From IMG/VR virus record IMGVR_UViG_3300025418_001062: 64,000 nucleotides of DNA; one strand, 5' to 3'. This document shows positions 1 through 6,230 of the stretch, piece by piece. Each line of letters starts with the position of its first letter. Within the stretch, counting starts at the first letter, position 1. This DNA is from an uncultured virus (IMG/VR IMGVR_UViG_3300025418_001062) (Duplodnaviria > Heunggongvirae > Uroviricota > Caudoviricetes). The translations under genes were made by a program, and so were the position numbers. The notes beneath the pieces were generated by a model. The model searched no databases. It was not told where the DNA came from and saw only the letters and a list, made by a program, of their open reading frames with translations.

Positions 1-103
1 GGTCAGCCTGGTCAGCCTGGGGCAACCTGGGGCAACCGGTCAGCCGGTCAGCCGGTCAGGGCTGACCGGCTGACCGGTCACGGGTCAGGGCTGACTAGTC
101 AGC
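1..103. repeat. Cluster of short GGTCAG(C/G)/GCTGAC repeats in both orientations
   Basis: About ten GTCAG/CTGAC cores in 103 bp plus tandem CCTGGGGCAA; read directly. Confidence 0.85.
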
Positions 104-658
104 GTAGGCAACCTTACGAGCGCCGGTCATCTTCCCGCCGTTCTGAAACCGCATGTCATGCGCCCATGTCTCAACATCGAAGAGCCATGCAAGCGGGTCG
201 GCAACGGGGCGCGCGTAGTCAGCATCAACGGCTGACCAGATAACGTCTGCCAGAACGATGGCAACATCTTCAGGAGTGCTGGTCACGGTCAGCCCGTAAC
301 CGTTGCCCTTCTTCATGACCGTCTCACCGTTAGCCTTCACATAGCCACCGGCAACATTCACGCCATCGCCAGCCAGCCAGCGAACGGCACCAGCGACAAC
401 GCTGACAACAGTGACAGTCACGTCATCAGCCCATGCGCTGACCGGCTCAACGCTGATAATCAGCATCTCACCAGCCACGCCACGACCGGCAACGTACTTA
501 CGGCTCACCGCGCCGTGCTGACGCATGTAGTCAGCCTCAGTCACGGTCACCAGCCCGATAATGCCGCCGGTCATCTCATCTTCACTGATAGTCAGCCCGA
601 TAGCCTTAGCGGCTTCGATAACGGCAAACTGGTCAGCGTAGTTATTCATTGTGTTCAT
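95..658 (-). CDS. Hypothetical protein (likely early gene)
   Basis: 187 aa ORF with AAGGGAA RBS, 5' hairpin and TTGCAC-N17-AATACT promoter upstream. Confidence 0.75.
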   Translation of the reverse strand: MNTMNNYADQFAVIEAAKAIGLTISEDEMTGGIIGLVTVTEADYMRQHGAVSRKYVAGRGVAGEMLIISVEPVSAWADDVTVTVVSVVAGAVRWLAGDGVNVAGGYVKANGETVMKKGNGYGLTVTSTPEDVAIVLADVIWSAVDADYARPVADPLAWLFDVETWAHDMRFQNGGKMTGARKVAYAD

Positions 659-700
659 GTCATTCCCTTATGTAGTACCGGCGTAGTTGCCGATGACCAG

Positions 701-729
701 AGTATTGCACGCCTAGCGCCAGAGTGCAA
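701..729 (-). promoter_or_regulatory. Sigma70/SigA-like promoter
   Basis: TTGCAC(729-724)-N17-AATACT(706-701), TGn extended -10. Confidence 0.55.
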
Positions 730-918
730 GCACCTTGCATAATCCCTGATGAGAGGGTAAAAAAGACGCTAAAAAAAAGGCAAAAAAGGGCAAAAAAAGG
801 CTTGACAACAGGGCAAAAGTATGCATTGTGATACACAAAAGCGCGAGCGACCCGCTACACAGGGCGCAAATAGTAGTCAGGGTGTCACCACGCGCACAAT
901 TCCACTTTTTCTTCCAAA

Positions 919-932
919 CGAACAAATGTTCA
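919..932. promoter_or_regulatory. Gram-positive-type SOS (LexA) box
   Basis: CGAAC-AAAT-GTTCA; core GAACAAATGTTC identical to the box in the recA promoter. Confidence 0.55.
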
Positions 933-1078
933 GACACGCTTGAGCAGAGGGGCCTCAAAAACCCTGGGTCTTGGAAAATCGCTACAGACCACTAAGGGGG
1001 GTGGCAAATTTTTTTTCGGGGGGAAATCCTGGACTTCGAATGCTACAATTGAACACCAGGTTAAAAGGAGATGAACTA

Positions 1079-1237
1079 ATGGGCAAGAAACTCGACACCG
1101 TTGAAGAAAAAATCATGCTGGCGTTTGAAGAGTCACTAAATAAGTTGCGGGCGCCTTCGCACCGAGACGACCAGTTCGAAAACGGCTACGCAACAGCGCT
1201 ACAAGACGTCAAGCACCTCATTGCTTCTCTGAAGTAG
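1079..1237 (+). CDS. Hypothetical protein
   Basis: ATG 1079 downstream of AAGGAG; 52 aa. Confidence 0.6.
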   Translation: MGKKLDTVEEKIMLAFEESLNKLRAPSHRDDQFENGYATALQDVKHLIASLK

Positions 1238-1258
1238 TTTGTGGTATAATAGTAGCAT

Positions 1259-1798
1259 ATGACTACGCAACCACAACCAAAATCGGGGCGGCCCTACGGA
1301 GCCCGTGAACTCATTTCCCTCCTTGCAAAAAAATGGGCGGAAGATTACCTTGCTGCGGATGAAGCGGCCATTGCAGCGACGATTAGGGCCCGTCTACAGC
1401 ATTCTAGAGTAACACCTGAAGACGTAGCCAAAGTAAATAACAGTGAAAGGATTGACATGAGCAAGTACAAGTCAAACGTGGAGTATATTGCAACTTGGGG
1501 GGAATCGCTGTTGAAGAGCCCCCACAACACCTCAACGCCTCGGGAAAAAAATTCGGGGGCAGACTCAGCCTTCTTTCACCTGACTCGAGACTTCTCTGAA
1601 AAGGTCTTTGAAGAGTTTACCCAGGGTACAGCATTCAACGTCTCCTTTGCCAATAACAAGGGACTGCGAGAATTGACGTCGGTAGAGATTCAGGGACTAG
1701 AGGGACTTCCGGGCGACACCGTAGTGCGATACAACGGCACATTCGCAATCCTGAAGAAGACTCACCAGGTTTGGAAACACAAGAACGAACTCCCATGA
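1259..1798 (+). CDS. Hypothetical protein, probably leaderless or near-leaderless
   Basis: 179 aa ORF; TGgTATAAT ends 8 nt before the ATG, no RBS. Confidence 0.7.
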   Translation: MTTQPQPKSGRPYGARELISLLAKKWAEDYLAADEAAIAATIRARLQHSRVTPEDVAKVNNSERIDMSKYKSNVEYIATWGESLLKSPHNTSTPREKNSGADSAFFHLTRDFSEKVFEEFTQGTAFNVSFANNKGLRELTSVEIQGLEGLPGDTVVRYNGTFAILKKTHQVWKHKNELP

Positions 1799-1870
1799 CA
1801 GTAGCAGTAGTAACATTTATAGTGATACTAGGAATGATTTGGTTCTCTGAACCGCATCCACACAAGTGAG

Positions 1871-1909
1871 AAATCCCCCGCCCGGCGAGTGCTAGGTGGG
1901 GGATTTTTT
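1871..1909 (+). terminator. Intrinsic terminator, possibly bidirectional
   Basis: AAATCCCCC...GGGGGATTT stem followed by T run, between convergent units. Confidence 0.7.
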
Positions 1910-2047
1910 ATTGAACACGTGTTTTTTTATGTACCGTTTTTTGCAAAATTTTTCAACGGCTATGGCTGGGGTAGTTAAATAGTTTGTTTTGTTTATTTAA
2001 TTTATGGGGGGCCACAATAAACTAATACAGCATTTTGTATTATCAAT

Positions 2048-2229
2048 TGGCTGGCAGACTAGGACTCGAACCTAGAACGGAGGAACCAGTCTGCTCTGGG
2101 GCCTCGGGTCGAACGAGGGCTAGGAGTTTCAAAGACTCCGGTGCTACCTTTACACTACCCCAGATTGTTTAGGTGTTTGCGAATTGCGTTATCCGAAACT
2201 CCCCAGTGTTGCCATTACACCATCTGCCA
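2048..2229 (-). tRNA. Split/interrupted Gln-type tRNA (5' half ~2229-2198, 3' half ~2089-2048) with a ~108-nt insert in the anticodon loop
   Basis: Acceptor TGGCAGA/TCTGCCA+G+CCA, D arm GTGT/ACAC, anticodon stem GGGGA/TCCTC, T arm CTAGG-TTCGAGT-CCTAG. Confidence 0.8.
2094..2164 (-). tRNA. tRNA-Gln(UUG), nested inside the split tRNA
   Basis: TCTGGGG/CCCCAGA acceptor, GGAGT-CTTTGAA-ACTCC anticodon arm, CCTCG-TTCGACC-CGAGG T arm. Confidence 0.92.
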
Positions 2230-2230
2230 C

Positions 2231-2316
2231 TGGTCGATGGGGAGGGATTCGAACCCCCGAACTCTATTGAGGTCTGGTTTACAGCCAGAAGCGTTTGGCC
2301 ACTTCGCTACCCATCG
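2231..2316 (-). tRNA. tRNA-Tyr(GUA) with long variable arm and C1-G72
   Basis: CGATGGG/CCCATCG+A+CCA; TCTGG-CTGTAAA-CCAGA; TTCGAAT T loop. Confidence 0.93.
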
Positions 2317-2323
2317 ATATTAG

Positions 2324-2395
2324 TGGCGGGGGTGGGATTTGCACCCACGACCTTCGGGACATGAACCCGCTGCTCTACTGCTGCGCTACCCCGCT
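2324..2395 (-). tRNA. tRNA-Met(CAU), initiator-like, somewhat divergent
   Basis: 1:72 mismatch (A/C), GGG/CCC anticodon stem, loop TTCATGT, T loop TGCAAAT. Confidence 0.8.
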
Positions 2396-2401
2396 TTGAA
2401 T

Positions 2402-2430
2402 AGTATAGCACACGCGGTACTACTTGTCAA
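2402..2430 (-). promoter_or_regulatory. Strong promoter for the Met-Tyr-Gln tRNA cluster
   Basis: TTGACA-N17-TATACT with TGn, 6 nt upstream of tRNA-Met. Confidence 0.85.
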
Positions 2431-2433
2431 ACC

Positions 2434-2577
2434 TCATTCTGCAAATCTTCGGATTTCCTCAAAGATGTGATAGATAAGAAGGGCTTGGTGAATCGGCGCC
2501 TCCATGTATTGCAAGGAGATGATGGCGTTCTCTTCTAGCCGGTTTACCTGCTCGAGAAATTCTTCCCGGTCAATCAT
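2434..2577 (-). CDS. Small hypothetical protein (47 aa, MIDREEFLEQ...)
   Basis: ATGA overlap with the kinase stop; translated by hand. Confidence 0.55.
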   Translation of the reverse strand: MIDREEFLEQVNRLEENAIISLQYMEAPIHQALLIYHIFEEIRRFAE

Positions 2578-3128
2578 CCCCAGCCGCCGATAATTTCACC
2601 GATGGTCCGCAGGGCATCTTCTGGCGTGCCGTCGTTGGTAATTGAGTAGTCCCAGTCGTTTTCTAGCAACGTCTCGCTTTGGTGCCCGTTGACGGGACCC
2701 AAGCCGGTGCGCGTAACTTGGATAATGCTACCGCTCCGGTCGCGAATAGCCTTTGCCTCATTAGGGAACCTAACGTCGGGGATTACAATGCGGTCAGTTT
2801 TTGCGTTCTTGAAAAGTGTCTCGACCCAGATTTCTTCCCCCAAAAATTTGCGCCCGCCCTCGGTGCCAAAGCGTTGAAGAAGTTCACGAATCTCTGCGTA
2901 CTCGACCTTTGCCTGGTCCCAGCCAAGCGTGTCTACAAGTTGTTGCAAGCGCGTGACTTCCCTAAACTTCTCTTCGTAAAAAAGAACAATGATTGGGTTG
3001 GTAGCGTACAGCATGTTACGCATAGCATCGGCAAAAGCAATGCACTCAAATCCGTGGTTTTTAACCATGAGTTGAGCAATTGTTGTTTTACCGCTACGAG
3101 CGTAACCGGACAGTCCTATAATTTCCAT
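2574..3128 (-). CDS. Deoxynucleoside monophosphate kinase
   Basis: IIGLSGYARSGKTT P-loop, RELLQRFGTE, IPDVRFPNE, HQSE motifs. Confidence 0.9.
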   Translation of the reverse strand: MEIIGLSGYARSGKTTIAQLMVKNHGFECIAFADAMRNMLYATNPIIVLFYEEKFREVTRLQQLVDTLGWDQAKVEYAEIRELLQRFGTEGGRKFLGEEIWVETLFKNAKTDRIVIPDVRFPNEAKAIRDRSGSIIQVTRTGLGPVNGHQSETLLENDWDYSITNDGTPEDALRTIGEIIGGWG

Positions 3129-3204
3129 GGTGCCCCCGGACGGATTCGAACCGCCGACTCCCACGTTACAAGGGTGGTACTCTGGCCATCTGAGTTACAA
3201 GGGC
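3128..3204 (-). tRNA. tRNA-Thr(UGU)
   Basis: GCCCTTG/CGGGGGC+A+CCA; loop CTTGTAA; TTCGAAT T loop. Confidence 0.9.
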
Positions 3205-3209
3205 GGGCG

Positions 3210-3282
3210 TTGGTCAGGTGGGAGTCGAACCCACACAAAACGGGATAGAAGCCCGTGGCACTATCCTTTATGCTACTGACCA
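3210..3282 (-). tRNA. tRNA-Arg(UCU)
   Basis: TGGTCAG/CTGACCA; ACGGG-CTTCTAT-CCCGT; GTGGG-TTCGACT-CCCAC; no encoded CCA. Confidence 0.9.
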
Positions 3283-3287
3283 AAAGT

Positions 3288-3359
3288 CTCCGGGGGCAGG
3301 GGTCGAACCTGCGACATACCGATTAACAGTCGGTTGTTCTGCCACTGAACTACCCCGGA
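3288..3359 (-). tRNA. tRNA-Asn(GUU)
   Basis: TCCGGGG/CCCCGGA+G; ACCGA-CTGTTAA-TCGGT; GCAGG-TTCGACC-CCTGC. Confidence 0.93.
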
Positions 3360-3365
3360 AAACCC

Positions 3366-3650
3366 TTAGCGAAGGTGCTTAGCGGGAGCAGTCTTCTTGA
3401 CGGGCGCCTTGGCCTTTGCAACTGCCTTGACAGGAGCAGGCGTTGGTGCGGGAATCAAAGCAGTCAACTTTGTTTCCAGTGTTTGCAATTCGGTGAGAAC
3501 GTTGTCGAACTCAGCCTCAATGTGTGTGATGTACGCAGTGAACTTGGTGTCTTCAGCCTTGGCAGTCTTGATTGCATAAGCAATGAAGCCAACGGCAGAA
3601 GCAACCCACGAAGTGCCAACTGCGGTGAAAATGTTAGCGGATGCCGACAT
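3366..3650 (-). CDS. Membrane-anchored coiled-coil protein with Ala/Lys/Pro-rich tail
   Basis: AGGAAGGA RBS; N-terminal hydrophobic helix; PVKAVAKAKAPVKK C-terminus. Confidence 0.7.
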   Translation of the reverse strand: MSASANIFTAVGTSWVASAVGFIAYAIKTAKAEDTKFTAYITHIEAEFDNVLTELQTLETKLTALIPAPTPAPVKAVAKAKAPVKKTAPAKHLR

Positions 3651-3691
3651 GGTTTTCCTTCCTCTTAAACCCCACGTATGTGGTGCTTTCC

Positions 3692-3721
3692 ATTGTAGCA
3701 CAAAAATGAAAACCCTGTCAA
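3692..3721 (-). promoter_or_regulatory. Promoter of the leftward tRNA/kinase operon
   Basis: TTGACA-N18-TACAAT with TGn. Confidence 0.7.
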
Positions 3722-3750
3722 CCTTTTCAACCATGTCAAGTTTTGGGCAT

Positions 3751-3801
3751 TTATTTAATACTAATATTAGTATATATACCCCTCCTCACTGGTGAGGACC
3801 C
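3751..3801 (-). repeat. Inverted copy of the replication-initiator iteron plus AT-rich tract
   Basis: Reverse complement of 3779-3800 = GGTCCTCACCAGTGAGGAGGGG, identical to 49559-49580; similar AT-rich flank. Confidence 0.9.
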
Positions 3802-3828
3802 CAAAGTTTCAAGGAAATTGCCAAATGG

Positions 3829-3857
3829 TTGACATAAAACCCTGTAAATGATAGGGT
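3829..3857 (+). promoter_or_regulatory. Rightward promoter, leaderless start at 3865
   Basis: TTGACA-N17-TAGGGT, ATG 7 nt later; overlapped by AAAACCCT/AGGGTTTT inverted repeat. Confidence 0.7.
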
Positions 3858-3864
3858 TTTGCCC

Positions 3865-4236
3865 ATGAGCGAAAACAGCAAAAACAGGTATCTTGTTCTT
3901 GCTCACATTGACAACGAAAAATTGACATATCGAGACGTAGTGGTACCAGATATTGTACCACTCTACGTAAACACCGAAGAACGAAAACACATAGGTTCCG
4001 CGCATTTGCGCAAAAGAGGCAAGCGCATCTATGCTCTCATTGAGATGACCGATAGCGTTTTAAATTTTGGGCCGGCCCCGTCAATTGCCCTCAGTCTCAA
4101 AAGCAAAAAACCGGTAATTGAAAACAACGTGTCCTACATTGACGAAGGTGTGGTACTATGTGCATACATCGTAAACCACGATGCGTGGGAATCTTTATAC
4201 GGGAACACAGAGGACAAGTATGTTGAATTGGATTAG
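3865..4236 (+). CDS. Hypothetical protein
   Basis: ORF directly after the promoter. Confidence 0.65.
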   Translation: MSENSKNRYLVLAHIDNEKLTYRDVVVPDIVPLYVNTEERKHIGSAHLRKRGKRIYALIEMTDSVLNFGPAPSIALSLKSKKPVIENNVSYIDEGVVLCAYIVNHDAWESLYGNTEDKYVELD

Positions 4237-4444
4237 TTGGGCGCTCGGCGTTTATTTTTTCATTGCAATTCTTTTCTTTGCCCGAGTGTTTTACATATCA
4301 AATCGCATGATTAAGACTTGGAAGAAAGAAGGCTTTAACTTCCCAATTCTTAACCTCTTGACCAGAATGATTAGCGATTGCCTTTTTTGGCCTGTGTACA
4401 TTTTGTGGCATGGATTCAAGAACATCATTGAGGACCTTCGTTGA
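4220..4444 (+). CDS. Small membrane protein
   Basis: Two hydrophobic segments; overlaps neighbouring ORFs. Confidence 0.65.
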   Translation: MLNWISWALGVYFFIAILFFARVFYISNRMIKTWKKEGFNFPILNLLTRMISDCLFWPVYILWHGFKNIIEDLR

Positions 4445-4731
4445 ACACGCCCCCCAAAATCCAGGGCAGTCATTTTGCGAATCCAAGTCTCCGCGGTGCA
4501 ATTATTGCCGAATGCCCTAAGTGCGGCATTGTATGCGAAGACAGTTCAATCTCCATTTCTCGCATGACGGTTGTTTCTGCGGACAAAACGGAAACGACCG
4601 AAAACTTCAAGGGGACGATTATGACCAAGTACGTCATTGAAATTTTTGGAGAGTTTCTTCACCGCACCTGCCTTGTTTGCAGATACTCATGGGAAGACCC
4701 AACCGTCGACACGATAGGAGACTTGCTATGA
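4441..4731 (+). CDS. Zinc-ribbon protein
   Basis: CPKC...CLVC; 4-nt overlaps at both ends. Confidence 0.65.
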   Translation: MNTPPKIQGSHFANPSLRGAIIAECPKCGIVCEDSSISISRMTVVSADKTETTENFKGTIMTKYVIEIFGEFLHRTCLVCRYSWEDPTVDTIGDLL

Positions 4732-5081
4732 GCAAATCCCGCGCAAAAGGCACCTCATTTGAGAGCGCTCTTGTAGAGATTTTGAACGAAGAAGGATTCC
4801 CCGACGCCAAGCGTCCCGGCCCAATCAACTGGGAGTTCGGTGACATTGATGGGGTCCCAATGGTCATTGAAGCAAAAAACCAACAAGCCTTGGCTCTCGC
4901 CGCCTGGATGAAACAGGCCGAGATTGCTTCTAAAAAAGCCGGCATGCCGTTTGTGGTTGTCCACAAGCGTAAGGGGAAAAATGCCCGTAAAGCGTATGCC
5001 ACTCAAGAGTTTGATGCGTGGTTGATTTTGTTCCGCGCATACAAATACTGCATAGAAAACAACGTCGACCTAAATCCTTGA
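4728..5081 (+). CDS. Holliday junction resolvase (Hjc-like PD-(D/E)xK nuclease)
   Basis: KGTSFE...GDIDG..VIEAKN motif. Confidence 0.8.
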   Translation: MSKSRAKGTSFESALVEILNEEGFPDAKRPGPINWEFGDIDGVPMVIEAKNQQALALAAWMKQAEIASKKAGMPFVVVHKRKGKNARKAYATQEFDAWLILFRAYKYCIENNVDLNP

Positions 5082-5157
5082 CATTGTAAATTTTTTGTTG
5101 TACATTTGTCGTATAATGGACACCTTTGGGTGCTCCCAGTTCTTTATGGAGGAACCC

Positions 5158-5742
5158 ATGGCTAAGAAGTTGAACCGTCGTTCTCAACAGCGTTTGAAGA
5201 GAATGACAGACTCCCTCGAGGCCATTAGTCGGTTCACCAACAAAATCTCCGTTGTGGAACTTGAAACCCTTGTCCGCCGTGATGAAATCGGCGTCGACAC
5301 CTATGCAGTTTCCAATACAGGCACAAGCATTGCCGCGTCAAGTCGCGGTGCAAGTTCTGAATTGACCCCCACCGAACGCGCCGCCGAAATCAGCATGAAG
5401 GGCAAGAAGCCCTATGACCCGGTTCGAGAAGAAGTTCGCAAGATTGAAAAGAAAATTATTCAATCAGAAGAAAACCTTCGTCAAATTGTAGAAAGCATCA
5501 ACTTTCTTAAAGAAGGCGTTGAAAAGAAAAAGCGCCGTCAAACAAGCGAACCTTGCGAGATTTGCGAAGTTCTTCCTGCGGTTAAAACCGCAATGTGTTC
5601 TGATTGCTACCTTGATTGGGTAGATGCGGGGGCTCCCGACCGTTTTCGTTGGCGTGCATACATGCACCAACTGACAAACTCTGACGGGCAAGTTTTGGTA
5701 ACTGATGTACCGCCCGCCCGTCGTCAAGTTTTAAATACTTGA
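5158..5742 (+). CDS. Hypothetical protein with coiled coil and C-terminal C4 zinc finger
   Basis: GGAGGA RBS; CEIC...CSDC. Confidence 0.7.
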   Translation: MAKKLNRRSQQRLKRMTDSLEAISRFTNKISVVELETLVRRDEIGVDTYAVSNTGTSIAASSRGASSELTPTERAAEISMKGKKPYDPVREEVRKIEKKIIQSEENLRQIVESINFLKEGVEKKKRRQTSEPCEICEVLPAVKTAMCSDCYLDWVDAGAPDRFRWRAYMHQLTNSDGQVLVTDVPPARRQVLNT

Positions 5743-5766
5743 CATTTCAGAAATCTGTGTTAGTCT

Positions 5767-5943
5767 ATGAACAAGAATCGGCCTCATTCTGCCCCGAGCA
5801 CGGAGGAACTTTATTACCTTGGTTTTGAACCATGGCAAGTTTCTATTATTCAGAAACTACCGATTGACCTTCAGTGGGAAGCACATGATGAGTTCATTCG
5901 GCGTCTAATGTCAGACAATGACGTAGACAATTTAAGGTTCTAA
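5767..5943 (+). CDS. Small hypothetical protein (58 aa)
   Basis: MNKNRPHS...; fills the gap; translated by hand. Confidence 0.5.
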   Translation: MNKNRPHSAPSTEELYYLGFEPWQVSIIQKLPIDLQWEAHDEFIRRLMSDNDVDNLRF

Positions 5944-5948
5944 CGATT

Positions 5949-6230
5949 ATGCACAACGACGACATTAACCAACGTTCAGAAGAACTCATTGAGAGCCTGG
6001 GCAACCTTGTTGGCGAAAACGAGATTGAGGCCCGTAAGTATTTGGGCGACAAGCAATACGAGGAAATCACAGCGTTTCTTCGCATGAACAACAACTTGAG
6101 CATTGCACAAACAGCGGCTCAAATTGAACTTCTAAAGTCTTCTGCGTTTTTGCGTTCGTCGTTTGCTTTTATTGCCCTTTGGTCAATCGTTCTTGCAACA
6201 GCATGGTCTTTTGTCATTTGGTTTAAGTAA
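5949..6230 (+). CDS. Hypothetical protein with C-terminal TM helix
   Basis: TAATG overlap with terminase. Confidence 0.65.
   Translation: MHNDDINQRSEELIESLGNLVGENEIEARKYLGDKQYEEITAFLRMNNNLSIAQTAAQIELLKSSAFLRSSFAFIALWSIVLATAWSFVIWFK

Noticed and set aside
1..103. Possible CRISPR array
   Set aside because: Units are 8-10 bp in mixed orientation with no unique spacers; no cas genes
1912..1925. TGAAC-ACGT-GTTTT as another SOS box
   Set aside because: Right half imperfect and not next to a clear promoter
2125..2135. Inner tRNA as a UCA (opal/Trp) suppressor implying recoding
   Set aside because: The tRNA is on the minus strand with loop CTTTGAA, anticodon UUG; genes end normally in TAA, TAG and TGA
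2090..2197. Group I intron in the split tRNA
   Set aside because: Only ~108 nt, mostly a tRNA cloverleaf; no room for a ribozyme core
3129..3164. N-terminal extension of the kinase in the ORF track
   Set aside because: Lies inside tRNA-Thr; the kinase fold starts at MEIIGLSG (3128)
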